Source: an uncultured Verrucomicrobiota bacterium
GTDB lineage: Bacteria; Verrucomicrobiota; Kiritimatiellia; RFP12; UBA1067
Direction of reading: 5' to 3'
NCBI GenBank assembly: GCA_946055075.1
Contig: CAMGEN010000001.1
Location: 17,137-81,136 of the forward strand
Length of the DNA: 64,000 nt
How positions within the stretch are numbered: position 1 is the stretch's first letter; every line of letters starts with the position of its first letter. A program made the position numbers and the translations under genes. Below the pieces are notes generated by a model that saw nothing but the letters and a program-made list of their open reading frames with translations, was not told where the DNA came from and ran no database searches. This document shows positions 21,213-31,241 of the stretch, one piece after another.

Positions 21213-22364
21213 ATGAGAGCTAAGCGTTGTATTGTCACCGGCGCAGCAGGTTTCATCGGATCGGCGCTCGTTAGGCTGTTGATAAAGGAGACCGGTTGCA
21301 CGGTTCTGGTGATCGACAAGCTTACCTATGCCGGAGTGCCGGAGTCGCTCCGGGAGGCGGGGTTGAATGACGATTGGTGCAAGAAGTTGGCGTCGGCGGA
21401 CGGATTCGATACGGTTCATCAGATCACCGACCGATTGTCGTTCCTTAAGTCCGACATCTGCAATCAGGGGGCGATGGACTTGGCTTTTGAAGTGTTCAAG
21501 CCCGATACCATCTTCCACCTCGCTGCCGAATCCCATGTCGATCGTTCGATTGACGGCCCGGGAGAGTTCATCCGCACCAATGTCACCGGCACGGCGACGC
21601 TGTTGCAGTCGGCACTCAAGTACTGGAAGTCGCTCCCAGATTCTGCACCCTGCACCCCGCACCCCGCACCCTGCACCAAGCGTAGCTTTGTATTCCAGCA
21701 TATCTCGACGGACGAGGTCTACGGCACGCTTGGTGATACCGGTTTCTTCACCGAGAAGACTCCGTATTCGCCGCATTCCCCGTATTCGGCTTCCAAGGCG
21801 GCTTCGGATCATCTCGTGCGCGCCTGGCACGACACCTACGGAATCCCGATCCGGATCACCAACTGCTCTAACAATTATGGGCCTTATCACTTCCCTGAAA
21901 AGCTGATCCCGCTCGTGATTCTCAATTGCCTTGATGGCAAGCCTCTTCCTGTCTACGGTAAAGGCGCAAATATTCGCGACTGGCTTTTCGTCGAGGACCA
22001 CGCGCGGGCGCTGATGCTCGTCAATGAGAAGGGGCGTGACGGCGAGACGTATAACGTCGGCGGTCATAACGAGCGTACCAATCTCGAAGTCGTGAAGACG
22101 ATCTGTGCGATCATGGACGAACTCCGTCCCCGAGCCGACGGTACGAAGTACGAATCTCTCATCACCTATGTAAAGGACCGTCCTGGGCATGATCTCCGTT
22201 ACGCGATCGATCCGACTAGGCTCATGACCGAACTCGGATGGAAGCCGCGCGAGAACTTTGATACTGGCATCCGGCGGACCGTGCAGTGGTATCTCGACAA
22301 CGAGTGGTGGTGGGGTCCGATCCATCGCGGACGCTATACTGGTGAACGCCTCGGCAAAGGGTGA
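21213..22364 (+). CDS. rfbB: dTDP-glucose 4,6-dehydratase
   Basis: 383 aa. An SDR-extended fold with GAAGFIGS, the YxxxK catalytic motif ([11 protein letters not shown]) and an RmlB-type C-terminus. It carries an in-frame repeat insert, [13 protein letters not shown]. Confidence 0.9.
   Translation: MRAKRCIVTGAAGFIGSALVRLLIKETGCTVLVIDKLTYAGVPESLREAGLNDDWCKKLASADGFDTVHQITDRLSFLKSDICNQGAMDLAFEVFKPDTIFHLAAESHVDRSIDGPGEFIRTNVTGTATLLQSALKYWKSLPDSAPCTPHPAPCTKRSFVFQHISTDEVYGTLGDTGFFTEKTPYSPHSPYSASKAASDHLVRAWHDTYGIPIRITNCSNNYGPYHFPEKLIPLVILNCLDGKPLPVYGKGANIRDWLFVEDHARALMLVNEKGRDGETYNVGGHNERTNLEVVKTICAIMDELRPRADGTKYESLITYVKDRPGHDLRYAIDPTRLMTELGWKPRENFDTGIRRTVQWYLDNEWWWGPIHRGRYTGERLGKG
21643..21677. 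repeat. CTGCACC heptamer array (ctgcaccctgcaccccgcaccccgcaccctgcacc) in-frame in rfbB
   Basis: Five degenerate tandem heptamers. It is the reverse-complement family of the arrays at 13771-13857 and 53753-53797. Confidence 0.65.
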
Positions 22365-23233
22365 TCGATAAACGCGCATATCTGCTGGACGTAAGTGTCC
22401 GTAAGCCGACGGATTCGTTTCTCCGCCGGCTTATTGATCGCTTGGCACTCCTTCGCTATAATGAGCTCTTCCTCTTCTCTATACATCCTTTCTCCAACTC
22501 CAACTCGTCACTCCAACTTCTTTCCGCCTGGGCTAATTTAAAAGGCATCGCTATTCGCACCTTGAATCCGCAAGAGCTGGAAAGCCTTCGCGCGGATGGT
22601 GTCGCCGAGGTGTCCACTCAGGCGTCGCGCTCGCTTTCAGGGCGCCTCGAAGAGATGCGGGAACGGATGGAGAAATGCGAAGCCTACGGACGCGAACACG
22701 GGTGTAGAAGGTTCCTTGTTACAGATTTTTCTGACGGACTCGACTGGCACTCTCCGATAATCTCCCTTCCTGGTATGGTTCTCGGCGGATATTTTGCGTC
22801 TATTGGTGCTAAGGCGGCGAAAATTGATCTTGAGCGCGAAGTCTCACAGTTTTTAGACGCACCGATGGCGGGCTTGCTGTTGCGGCTCGGAACTCTCTAT
22901 CTGCGTGGCGGAGCTTATCGTGAGGATTCCAGCGAATTCTTTAATATCCTCTCAAGCGACATCGGTTATTCACGTCATCCTGGAATTACTGATCATGTAT
23001 TGGAAGAAGTTTCAACGCTTCTTCGTGGTATTATGTCCGAAGCCGAGCGACATCTGGAGCGCAGTGAAACGGCTAAGGAGATACTCTACAGTGCTGTGCT
23101 TCTTGACGCCGCTTGCCACCGTCGTAGCGAAGCTCGTCTTCGTACTGCGAAGGAGGAATTTGTCAAAATGTGGAATCGTCATTTTGAATCGCAAGGACGA
23201 GATTCGTCGGCGGCGAAAATGCCGCGTTTCTGA
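22361..23233 (+). CDS. hypothetical protein (weak GH20-like N-terminal pattern, uncertain)
   Basis: 290 aa. [11 protein letters not shown]...[12 protein letters not shown] resembles the start of GH20 hexosaminidase TIM-barrels, but no catalytic pair was recognised. It contains a CAACTC-type repeat at 22491-22525. Confidence 0.4.
   Translation: MIDKRAYLLDVSVRKPTDSFLRRLIDRLALLRYNELFLFSIHPFSNSNSSLQLLSAWANLKGIAIRTLNPQELESLRADGVAEVSTQASRSLSGRLEEMRERMEKCEAYGREHGCRRFLVTDFSDGLDWHSPIISLPGMVLGGYFASIGAKAAKIDLEREVSQFLDAPMAGLLLRLGTLYLRGGAYREDSSEFFNILSSDIGYSRHPGITDHVLEEVSTLLRGIMSEAERHLERSETAKEILYSAVLLDAACHRRSEARLRTAKEEFVKMWNRHFESQGRDSSAAKMPRF
22491..22525. repeat. CCAACTC heptamer-like array inside the coding sequence (encodes [12 protein letters not shown])
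   Basis: The sequence tctccaactccaactcgtcactccaacttctttcc is related to the CAACTYC arrays at 29034, 55570 and 55991. Confidence 0.45.
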
Positions 23234-23274
23234 GTCGTGTCGATATTGAGATGTCCTGCACCTATGTGCGGTGA

Positions 23275-23286
23275 TTTTGGTATAAT
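23275..23286 (+). promoter_or_regulatory. extended -10 promoter TTTTGGTATAAT
   Basis: TATAAT at 23281-23286 follows a TTTGG extension. An SD GGAG at 23301-23304 is followed by the ATG at 23309. Confidence 0.45.
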
Positions 23287-23308
23287 ATGTAGATACTATT
23301 GGAGAATA

Positions 23309-24610
23309 ATGATGAAAGACCTTAAAGCTGCGTATAAGACGATTGAAGCTGATCATTTCGCCCCAAAAATGGAGATTTCGTTCATTGACGGGGGGAAGCG
23401 TTCCACATTCCAGTACGAGAAGGTGACCTGGAACATCGGAGGAGAGGAGAAGGGCCTCCGGTATGGTGAGAATCCCGGTCAGGAAGCGGCGCTCTACAAG
23501 CTCGTGAACGGCAACCTCGTACTCGGCGATGTCGAGATGCTCCAAGCGGGTCAGTATCTCGCGTCCGTTCCGGAGCTGCTGCAGAGCGGCAAGCATCCCG
23601 GCAAGACCAATGTCACCGACACCGACAACGCGCTCAATATCCTCCGCTATCTTATGGAGAAGCCGTGCGCCGTTATCGTCAAGCACAACAATCCGTGCGG
23701 CGTCGCGACCGGCTCGACCCTCTCCGAGGCCTACTTCCGCGCGAACAAGGCGGACCGTCTCGCCGCTTTCGGCGGTGCGATTGCGCTGAACCGCGAGTGC
23801 GACCTGGAGACGGCGAAGCTCATCGTCGAGAACTACGCCGAAGTCGTCGTGGCCCCTGATTTTAAGCCCGGCGTTATGGATCTCTTCGCAACCAAGAAGA
23901 ATCTCCGCGTCTTCCGCATCAGGAACATGGATCGCCTGACGAGCTTCGTCGCCAAGCACGTGATCGACTTCAAGTCCCTCATCGACGGCGGTATCGTCGC
24001 GCAGACCTCGTTCAGCGCCAACGCCCGCAAACCCGAGGATCTCATGCCCGCCTGCTGCAATCGCAAGATCACTAACAAGGAGACGGGCGAGGTCAGCTTC
24101 AAGGAATACAAGATCGCGCGCCTCCCGACCGCGAAGGAGTACGAGGATCTCGTGTTCGGCTGGCTCGTCGAAGCGGGCGTCACGTCTAACTCCGTCCTCT
24201 ATGTGAAGGACGGCGCCACCGTCGGCATCGGCACGGGCGAACAGGATCGCGTCGGCGTCGCCGAGATTGCGCGTGACAAGGCGTACACCAAGCACGCCGA
24301 TTGGATCGCCTGGGAGAAGTATCAGAAGCCCTACAACGATCTCCGACTCGTCTTCGGCGAGGAGGACGGCGCGAAGAAGCAGGCCGAGATCATGGAACAG
24401 ACCAAGGCCGAGAAGGGTGGACTCCCCGGCTGCGCGATGGTTTCGGACGCGTTCTTCCCGTTCCGGGACGGACTCGAGGTCGGCCTGCGCGAAGGCATCA
24501 CCTCGTGCGTCCAGCCCGGCGGCGCGATCCGTGACTGGGACGTGATCGACTGCGCGAACGACGCAGGTATCGCGATGGTCTTCACCGGTCAGCGCAGTTT
24601 CCGTCACTGA
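23309..24610 (+). CDS. purH: AICAR transformylase (PurH AICARFT domain only, no IMP cyclohydrolase/MGS domain)
   Basis: 433 aa from the ATG at 23309; the ORF-track start at 23237 lies upstream of the promoter. It has the LRYGENPGQEAALY and KHNNPCGVATG motifs of the AICARFT domain. The about 200-aa N-terminal MGS-like IMPCH domain is missing. Confidence 0.75.
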   Translation: MMKDLKAAYKTIEADHFAPKMEISFIDGGKRSTFQYEKVTWNIGGEEKGLRYGENPGQEAALYKLVNGNLVLGDVEMLQAGQYLASVPELLQSGKHPGKTNVTDTDNALNILRYLMEKPCAVIVKHNNPCGVATGSTLSEAYFRANKADRLAAFGGAIALNRECDLETAKLIVENYAEVVVAPDFKPGVMDLFATKKNLRVFRIRNMDRLTSFVAKHVIDFKSLIDGGIVAQTSFSANARKPEDLMPACCNRKITNKETGEVSFKEYKIARLPTAKEYEDLVFGWLVEAGVTSNSVLYVKDGATVGIGTGEQDRVGVAEIARDKAYTKHADWIAWEKYQKPYNDLRLVFGEEDGAKKQAEIMEQTKAEKGGLPGCAMVSDAFFPFRDGLEVGLREGITSCVQPGGAIRDWDVIDCANDAGIAMVFTGQRSFRH

Positions 24611-24625
24611 TGAGGTAAGTTCTCA

Positions 24626-25225
24626 ATGAATATCGTTTGCTTAGACATGGAAGGCGTCCTGGTTCCAGAGATCTGGATCGCCTTCGCCGAGAAGACCGGG
24701 ATCCCCGAATTTCGCCGCACGACGCGTGACGAGCCGGACTACGACAAGCTCATGAAGTTCCGTATTGAGCTTCTCGCGAAGCACGGACTCGGTCTCAAGG
24801 AGATTCAGGACGTGATCGCGAAGATCGATCCGATGGAAGGTGCGAAGGAGTTCCTTGACGCGCTTCGTGAGAAGACGCAGGTCGTGATCCTCTCCGACAC
24901 CTTCTACGAGTTCGCGATGCCGCTCATGAAGAAGCTCGGTTATCCGACGCTCATGTGCAATCAGCTCGAGGTGTCGTCCGACGGGAAGATCGTCGGCTAT
25001 CGGATGCGCTGCCAGAAGTCGAAGCTCACGACCGTCAAGGCATTGCAGTCCGCTGGCTTCGAGACGATCGCCGCGGGCGATAGCTTCAACGACCTCGCGA
25101 TGATCCGCGCCTCGAAGGCCGGGTTTCTCTTCCGTTCGACCGAGAAGATCAAGTCCGACAACCCCGACCTCCAGGCGTTCGAGTCGTACGACGATTTCCT
25201 CGCTGCGATCCTCAAGGCATTGTGA
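24626..25225 (+). CDS. thrH: HAD-family phosphoserine phosphatase ThrH-like (phosphoserine:homoserine phosphotransferase type)
   Basis: 199 aa. Near-colinear similarity to Pseudomonas ThrH (CLDMEGVLVPEIWIAFAEKTGI..., VVILSDTFYEF, IAAGDSFNDLAM). Confidence 0.8.
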   Translation: MNIVCLDMEGVLVPEIWIAFAEKTGIPEFRRTTRDEPDYDKLMKFRIELLAKHGLGLKEIQDVIAKIDPMEGAKEFLDALREKTQVVILSDTFYEFAMPLMKKLGYPTLMCNQLEVSSDGKIVGYRMRCQKSKLTTVKALQSAGFETIAAGDSFNDLAMIRASKAGFLFRSTEKIKSDNPDLQAFESYDDFLAAILKAL

Positions 25226-25231
25226 TTCCAT

Positions 25232-25268
25232 AACTCTTCACTCTTCACTCTTAACTCTTAACTTCTTG
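25232..25268. repeat. ACTCTTC heptamer array (taactcttcactcttcactcttaactcttaacttctt), intergenic upstream of ugd
   Basis: Five tandem degenerate heptamers. Confidence 0.6.
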
Positions 25269-26683
25269 TGAACCGCAACATCGTCTGCATCGGAGCCGGT
25301 TACATCGGCGGACCCACCATGGCGGTCATCGCGAAGATGAATCCCGACCGCAAGGTCTACGTCTGCGATATCAACGCGAAGCGCATTGCCGCGTGGAACT
25401 CCAAGAACTGGGCGCTCCCGATCTACGAGCCGGGTCTCGTCGACATCGTCAAGGAGGTCCGCGGGAAGAACCTCTTCTTCACGACGGACATCAAGAAGGC
25501 CGTCCAGAGCTGCGACATCGTCTTCGTCGGCGTCAACACGCCGACCAAGATGTTCGGACGCGGCGCGGGACGCGCGAGCGACCTCCAGTACTGGGAAGCG
25601 ACCGCCCGCGAAATCAAGGACTGGGCGAATGGCGAGAAGATCATCGTCGAGAAGTCCACGCTCCCCGTCCGCACCGCCGCGGCGATGGACGCCATCTTGA
25701 ACGCCAAAGGCGTTCAAGAAGTGAAAAGTGAAGAGTTAAGAGCGAAGAGTTGTCCGACATTCACGGTTCTGAGTAATCCCGAGTTCCTCGCGGAAGGTAC
25801 GGCGATCAAGGATCTGCTGAATCCCGACCGCGTGCTGATCGGCGGACCTCAGACGGCGGCGGGACTGAAGGCCGTTAACGAGCTCATCGCCATCTACCGC
25901 GGCAAGGACGACAAGTGGGTGCCGAGCTACAAGATCCTCACCACGAACGTGTGGTCCGCCGAGCTCACCAAGCTCGCCGCCAACGCCTTCCTCGCCCAGC
26001 GCGTCTCCTCTATCAACGCTATCGCCGGACTCTGCGAGGCGACGGGAGCGGACGTCGACGAAGTCGCCCGCGTGATGGGCGCCGACCACCGAATCGGCCC
26101 CAAATTCCTGAAGGCTGGTCCCGGCTTCGGCGGCAGCTGCTTCAAGAAGGACGTCCTTAATCTCGTGTATCTCTGCGAGTCGTTCGGACTCCACACCGCG
26201 GCGGAATACTGGTCCGGCGTCATCAAGATGAATGACCACCAGCAGGAGCGCATCGTCGCGCGGCTCTTCAAGGCGATGTTTAACACCCTTGCCAACAAGA
26301 AGATCGCGCTTTTCGGCTTCGCCTTCAAGGCGGATACCGGCGATACGCGTGAGACTCCAGCGGGTTATGTCGCGCGGCTTCTCAACGAGGAGCATGTGCG
26401 GCTTACGATCACTGACCCGAAGGCGATCCCCAATGCCCAGGAAGACCTGAAGGATCTCGACTCTACGCCTACGCCTCCGACCTACACCTCCGACCCCTAC
26501 AAGGCGGCGAAGGACGCCGATGCGGTCGTGGTGATGACGGACTGGAAGGAATACGCGGAACTCGACTGGGCCAAGATCTACAAGTCGATGCGCAAGCCCG
26601 CGCTCGTCTTCGACACCCGCAACTGTCTCAATTCCAGCATGCTCAAGAACCTCGGCTTCAACGTCCTCAACATCGGAAAATAA
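25268..26683 (+). CDS. ugd: UDP-glucose 6-dehydrogenase (long, eukaryote-like form)
   Basis: 471 aa with a GTG start. It has GAGYIGGPT, the catalytic Cys region [10 protein letters not shown], and a C-terminal UDP-binding domain. It carries an in-frame insert [14 protein letters not shown] from a repeat. Confidence 0.9.
   Translation: MNRNIVCIGAGYIGGPTMAVIAKMNPDRKVYVCDINAKRIAAWNSKNWALPIYEPGLVDIVKEVRGKNLFFTTDIKKAVQSCDIVFVGVNTPTKMFGRGAGRASDLQYWEATAREIKDWANGEKIIVEKSTLPVRTAAAMDAILNAKGVQEVKSEELRAKSCPTFTVLSNPEFLAEGTAIKDLLNPDRVLIGGPQTAAGLKAVNELIAIYRGKDDKWVPSYKILTTNVWSAELTKLAANAFLAQRVSSINAIAGLCEATGADVDEVARVMGADHRIGPKFLKAGPGFGGSCFKKDVLNLVYLCESFGLHTAAEYWSGVIKMNDHQQERIVARLFKAMFNTLANKKIALFGFAFKADTGDTRETPAGYVARLLNEEHVRLTITDPKAIPNAQEDLKDLDSTPTPPTYTSDPYKAAKDADAVVVMTDWKEYAELDWAKIYKSMRKPALVFDTRNCLNSSMLKNLGFNVLNIGK
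25716..25753. repeat. GAAGAGT heptamer array (reverse complement of the 25232 family) in-frame inside ugd
   Basis: The sequence gaagtgaaaagtgaagagttaagagcgaagagttgtcc has a reverse complement that matches aactcttcRctcttaactcttcac. Confidence 0.6.
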
Positions 26684-26732
26684 GAAGTCTAAATTCCGTA
26701 ATTTCTCTTCACTCATTGCTCATTTTCAATTA

Positions 26733-27821
26733 ATGAAGAAAGCTCTTATCACCGGTGTCACCGGACAGGACGGATCGTATCTTTCGGAATTCCTTCTCGC
26801 GAAGGGCTATGAGGTGCACGGCGTGATCCGCCGCAGCTCGGTTGACTTCCGCGAGCGTATCGCGCATCTAGAAGGCACTCCGAACTTCCATCTTCACTAC
26901 GGCGATCTCTGCGATTCGAGCTCGATCTTCCAGGTCGTCTCGCAGGTGAAGCCGGACGAGATCTACAACCTTGCCGCGCAGAGTCACGTGCAGGTGTCGT
27001 TCGACTCGCCCGAGTTCACCGCCGACATCGACGCGACCGGTGTGCTGCGCGTCCTCGAGGCGGTGCGTCTGTGCGGACTTACCAAGTCCTGCCGCATCTA
27101 TCAGGCCTCGACCAGCGAGCTCTACGGCAAGGTCGAGGAGGTGCCGCAGAACGAGATGACTCCGTTCCATCCGTATTCCCCTTACGCAGTCGCCAAGCAG
27201 TACGGGTTCTGGATCGTGAAGGAGTACCGTGAGGCGTACGGTATGTTCGCGTGCTCCGGCATCCTCTTCAATCATGAGTCCGAGCGCCGCGGCGAGACCT
27301 TCGTCACCCGCAAGATCACGCTCGCGGCCTCGCGCATCGCACAGGGCAAGCAGGAGAAGCTTTATCTCGGCAACCTCGACTCGCTCCGCGACTGGGGTTA
27401 TGCGAAGGACTACGTCGAGTGCATGTGGCTCATCCTCCAGAACAAGACGCCGGAGGACTTCGTGATCGCGACGGGCGTGCAGCATTCGGTGCGCGAGTTC
27501 GCGACGCTGGCGTTCAGGGAGGCGGGGATCGAACTCGAGTTCAGGGGCGAGGGAATCGACGAGAAGGGTTATGACAAGAAGACCGGGAAGTGCGTCATCG
27601 AGGTGAGCCCCGACTTCTACCGTCCGACTGACGTCGTCAACCTCTGGGGCGATCCCACTAAGGCGAAGACCGAACTCGGCTGGAACCCGACCAAAACCTC
27701 GTTCGAGGAGCTCGTGCGCATCATGGTGCAGCACGACATGGAGAAGGTCGCGGTCGAACGCGCCGAAGAGCATATACGCACCAATCTTGCGGAGTATCTT
27801 GAAAAGGGGCTGGTGAAATGA
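26733..27821 (+). CDS. gmd: GDP-mannose 4,6-dehydratase
   Basis: 362 aa. [30 protein letters not shown] and the SDR YxxxK motif. Confidence 0.92.
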   Translation: MKKALITGVTGQDGSYLSEFLLAKGYEVHGVIRRSSVDFRERIAHLEGTPNFHLHYGDLCDSSSIFQVVSQVKPDEIYNLAAQSHVQVSFDSPEFTADIDATGVLRVLEAVRLCGLTKSCRIYQASTSELYGKVEEVPQNEMTPFHPYSPYAVAKQYGFWIVKEYREAYGMFACSGILFNHESERRGETFVTRKITLAASRIAQGKQEKLYLGNLDSLRDWGYAKDYVECMWLILQNKTPEDFVIATGVQHSVREFATLAFREAGIELEFRGEGIDEKGYDKKTGKCVIEVSPDFYRPTDVVNLWGDPTKAKTELGWNPTKTSFEELVRIMVQHDMEKVAVERAEEHIRTNLAEYLEKGLVK

Positions 27822-28753
27822 ACAAGTCCGACAGGATCTTTGTCGCAGGACATCGCGGAATGGTCGGTTCGGCGTGCGTACGCGCCCTGAAGAAGGCCGG
27901 CTACGAGAACATCGTCGTCCGTTCGCACAAGGAGCTCGATCTGCTCGATCCGAAGGCCGTGCGGGAATTCTACGAGTCCGAAAAGCCTGATGTCGCGATC
28001 ATCGCGGCGGCCCGCGTCGGCGGCATCGGCGCGAATAGCGCGGCGAATTCGCTCTTTCTCTACGAGAACGAGATGATCGCGATGAACACGGTCTGGGGCG
28101 CGGCGGAAGCGGGCGTTAAGCGTCTCCTCTTCCTCGGCTCGACCTGCATCTATCCGCGCATGGCGCCGCAGCCGATTCCCGAGTCGGCGCTCCTCACGAG
28201 CGAACTCGAGAAGACTAACGAGGGGTATGCGCTCGCGAAGATCTCCGGACTCAAACTCTGCGAGTTCTTGCGCCGCGAACGCGGACTCCTCTATCATTCG
28301 CTGATGCCGACCAATCTCTACGGTCCCGGCGACAACTACGACATCGTCCACGGACACGTCCTGCCGACGCTGATCCGCAAGTTCGAGACGATGAAGGACG
28401 TGGTCCCACTCTGGGGCACCGGCAAGGCGATCCGCGAATTTCTCCATGTGGACGATCTCGCGTCCGCCTGTCTCTTCGCGCTGTCGCTCGACAATCCTCC
28501 GGACCTCATGAATGTCGGTTCTGGCGAGGAGGTCACGATCAGGGAGCTCGCCGAGGCGGTGAAGTCCGTGACCGGTTCGACCGCCAGGATTGAGTGGGAC
28601 GCGACGAAGCCCGACGGTACGCCGCGCAAGCTCTGCGATACCGCGCTCATCCGTTCGCTCGGCTGGAAGCCGGAGATAGACCTGAAGAAGGGCCTTGAGC
28701 TCACCGTCGCCTCTTACCGCGCCGAACTCGCCGCGGGAACGATCCGTCTTTAA
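27818..28753 (+). CDS. fcl: GDP-L-fucose synthase (GDP-4-keto-6-deoxymannose epimerase/reductase)
   Basis: 311 aa. [13 protein letters not shown] and the WcaG-family pattern, overlapping the gmd stop. Confidence 0.9.
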   Translation: MNKSDRIFVAGHRGMVGSACVRALKKAGYENIVVRSHKELDLLDPKAVREFYESEKPDVAIIAAARVGGIGANSAANSLFLYENEMIAMNTVWGAAEAGVKRLLFLGSTCIYPRMAPQPIPESALLTSELEKTNEGYALAKISGLKLCEFLRRERGLLYHSLMPTNLYGPGDNYDIVHGHVLPTLIRKFETMKDVVPLWGTGKAIREFLHVDDLASACLFALSLDNPPDLMNVGSGEEVTIRELAEAVKSVTGSTARIEWDATKPDGTPRKLCDTALIRSLGWKPEIDLKKGLELTVASYRAELAAGTIRL

Positions 28754-28765
28754 CTGTAAATCAAC

Positions 28766-30439
28766 ATGAACCTTAACGACATCCTTAAGCGTGCCTTTGA
28801 GAAGGCTTTCCCCGGCGAGGACTTCGCCGGTATTCGCGTACTTCCTGCGACCGATCCGAAGTTCGGTGACTATCAGTGCAATGATGCGCTGAAGCATGCG
28901 AAGCGCATGCACATGAATCCGCGCGAAGTCGCGGCGAAGGTGGTGGAGGCGCTCGACCAGTCGTGCTTCGAGAAGGTCGAGATCGCCGGGCCAGGCTTTC
29001 TCAACCTCACTGTTTCGTCCGACTGGCTGAACGCTCAACTTCTCAACCTCTCAACTTCTCAACATCTTGGAATTCCCCAGTTTGGGGATTCCAAGACCGT
29101 CGTCATCGACTACTCGTCGCCGAACGCCGCGAAGCAGATGCATATCGGGCACATCCGTTCGACCGTGATCGGCTGCGCCATCGACCGCATCTTCCGTTCG
29201 CTCGGATACAAGGTCATCGCCGACAACCATCTCGGCGACTGGGGCACGCAGTTCGGCATCCTCATCAAGGGTTATCGCGAACTCCTCACGCAGGAAGAGC
29301 GTGACAATCTCACCGTCGCGAACCTCGAGAAGTGCTATGTGCTTTCCGCGGCGAAGGCGAAGGAAGAGGACGGCGTCTGGAAAGAGGACTGCAAGCGCGA
29401 ACTTGTGAAGCTGCAGCAGGGCGATGCCGACAACCTCGCGCTCTGGAAGAGGTTCATCGACATCTCCATCGGCGAATTCAACCGCATGTACGACAAGCTT
29501 GGCGTCAAGTTCGACACCTACCGCGGCGAATCGTACTATAACGAGATGATGCCTGGCGTCGTGAAGCGCCTGCAGGAGATGGGTATGGCGGTCGAGTCGG
29601 AAGGCGCGCTCGTCGTCAATCTCGAGGAGGAGAAGCTCGGCGTCGCGATTGTCCGCAAGTCGGACGGCGGATACAACTACACGACGTCCGATCTCGCCTG
29701 CGTCGAATGCCGCGTGAAGGATTACGATCCCGAGCGTATCATCTATGTGACTGACGCGCGGCAGCAGCTTCATTTCAAGCAGTGGTTCAACATCGCCGGC
29801 AAGATGGGCGTGAAGGCGAAGCTTGTCCACGTGCCGTTCGGGCTCATGTCGTATCAAGGCAAGGCGATCTCCACGCGTGAGGGCAACCTCATCAAACTCG
29901 ACGAACTCCTCGCCGAGGCGAAGAAGCGTTCGTTCGACATCGTCAAGGACCGTGGCGGAGACGAGAGGCTCGCCGAACAGATCGGCTACGGCGCGGTGAA
30001 GTATTCCGATCTTTCGCACGATCCGATCACCGACATCGACTTCAGCTGGGACAAGGCGCTGGCGCTTGAGGGCAATTCAGGTCCGTACCTCCAGTACGCC
30101 TATGCACGCGTGTGCTCGCTGATGGACAAGGTCGGGGGTTTGAATGTCGAGAAGCCGGGAAGCTTCTCGGTACAGACTCCGGCGGAAAAGCGCCTTGCAT
30201 TGCAGCTCCTGGAGTTCCCCGGCGCGGTCGTCCGTGCGGCGGAGGCGTACAAGCCGAGCGTCCTCGCGGACTATCTTTTCCAGACCGCGCAGCTCTACTC
30301 GAGCTTCTATCAGAATTCGCCGATCCTGAAGAGCGAAGAGGCGGTCCGCAATGCGCGGCTCCGTCTCTGCGCGCTCTTCGGTTCGGTCCTTTCCAAGGGG
30401 CTGAATCTGCTGGGAATCGAGACGCCGAGTCATATTTGA
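28766..30439 (+). CDS. argS: arginine--tRNA ligase
   Basis: 557 aa. A HIGH motif (PNAAKQMHIGHIRS), a class I fold and a DALR-type anticodon-binding C-terminus. It carries an in-frame insert QLLNLSTSQHLGIPQFGDS encoded by a repeat. Confidence 0.92.
   Translation: MNLNDILKRAFEKAFPGEDFAGIRVLPATDPKFGDYQCNDALKHAKRMHMNPREVAAKVVEALDQSCFEKVEIAGPGFLNLTVSSDWLNAQLLNLSTSQHLGIPQFGDSKTVVIDYSSPNAAKQMHIGHIRSTVIGCAIDRIFRSLGYKVIADNHLGDWGTQFGILIKGYRELLTQEERDNLTVANLEKCYVLSAAKAKEEDGVWKEDCKRELVKLQQGDADNLALWKRFIDISIGEFNRMYDKLGVKFDTYRGESYYNEMMPGVVKRLQEMGMAVESEGALVVNLEEEKLGVAIVRKSDGGYNYTTSDLACVECRVKDYDPERIIYVTDARQQLHFKQWFNIAGKMGVKAKLVHVPFGLMSYQGKAISTREGNLIKLDELLAEAKKRSFDIVKDRGGDERLAEQIGYGAVKYSDLSHDPITDIDFSWDKALALEGNSGPYLQYAYARVCSLMDKVGGLNVEKPGSFSVQTPAEKRLALQLLEFPGAVVRAAEAYKPSVLADYLFQTAQLYSSFYQNSPILKSEEAVRNARLRLCALFGSVLSKGLNLLGIETPSHI
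29034..29094. repeat. CAACYTCT octamer/heptamer array plus an adjacent near-palindrome (ggaattccccagtttggggattcc) in-frame in argS
   Basis: The array caacttctcaacctctcaacttctcaacatcttgg is followed by an imperfect 24-bp palindrome. Confidence 0.6.
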
Positions 30440-30466
30440 GAGAAGGCTGTAGGTGATAGGTCGAGG

Positions 30467-31189
30467 TTGACAGTGGAAGTCCTCAATTTAAAACAGGCTG
30501 CGGAACACGTCCACATGGACGTGAACGAACTGCGTCATGCCGCGCAGCGCGGCGAAATCGCCGCGGACGAGCACGGAGGGGACTGGTACTTCCGCCACCG
30601 CGATTTGGACGAGTGGGCGCAGCGGAATTTCCTCGCCGCGGGCGCGAAGGAGCAGAACCGTCAGCATCAGGTGATCCTCGACGAGCATCGTCGGTCGAAG
30701 AACACTGACTGGCGGATATGGCAGCTATTCCGTCCCGAGGGTGTGGAACTCGCGCTGCCGTCAAAGGCGAAGGCGGGAGCGATCCGCGACATGAGCGACC
30801 TCGCCGCGAAGACCGGGTATGTCTATGATGCCGACGGACTCTTCGCCGAGCTCAAGGAGCGCGAGGAGATCGCTTCGACGGCGGTCGGCGAAGGCGCCGC
30901 GTTCATGCATCCGCGTTTTCACGATCCCTATCTCTTCGAGGAGACGTTCATCGCCTACGGAAGGTCCGTGCGCGGCGTTTTCTTCGGGGCTCCGGACGAC
31001 GAGCCGACGCGTCACTTCTTCCTCATCTGCTCGACGGATCATGAGATGCATCTCCATATCCTCGCCCGTCTCGCGGTAATGGCCCATGCGACGGATTTCC
31101 TCGCCGCTCTCGATGCCGCCGAAACTCCGGAAGCCGTGATCACCGCAATTCGCGTTGCCGAAGAAAAGCTTGTCGCGGACGCAAGATGA
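30467..31189 (+). CDS. PTS EIIA(Ntr)-type (PtsN-like) regulatory protein with N-terminal HTH
   Basis: 240 aa. An N-terminal MerR/excisionase-like HTH, then an EIIA-2 domain with the phosphorylatable His region (GAAFMHPRFHD). Confidence 0.6.
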   Translation: MTVEVLNLKQAAEHVHMDVNELRHAAQRGEIAADEHGGDWYFRHRDLDEWAQRNFLAAGAKEQNRQHQVILDEHRRSKNTDWRIWQLFRPEGVELALPSKAKAGAIRDMSDLAAKTGYVYDADGLFAELKEREEIASTAVGEGAAFMHPRFHDPYLFEETFIAYGRSVRGVFFGAPDDEPTRHFFLICSTDHEMHLHILARLAVMAHATDFLAALDAAETPEAVITAIRVAEEKLVADAR

Positions 31190-31192
31190 GTC

Positions 31193-31241
31193 AATTCCCC
31201 ATTCCCCATTCCCTATTCCCCATTCCCCATCCCCATTCCCC
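31193..31241. repeat. CATTCCC heptamer array, 7 copies, immediately upstream of the queD start
   Basis: The sequence cattccccattccctattccccattccccatccccattcccc creates a spurious N-terminal extension in the ORF track (31155). Confidence 0.65.

Noticed and set aside
23012-24607. 531-aa minus-strand ORF antisense to the purH-like gene (similar cases 27617-29038, 53112-54410, 56539-57675, 59100-60749, 10244-11269, 15164-16603, 21138-22379)
   Set aside because: All are GC-rich, Arg/Ala/Gly-biased translations opposite well-supported plus-strand genes.
25393-25731. Arg/Ser-rich alternative-frame ORFs inside ugd (25386-25700, 25393-25731)
   Set aside because: They are frame artefacts of GC-rich codons. 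Ugd motifs are in the annotated frame.
31155-31241. N-terminal extension of queD in the ORF track (MPKKSLSRTQDESIPHSPFPIPHSPSPFP)
   Set aside because: It is encoded entirely by the CATTCCC heptamer array. The conserved QueD sequence starts at M31242.
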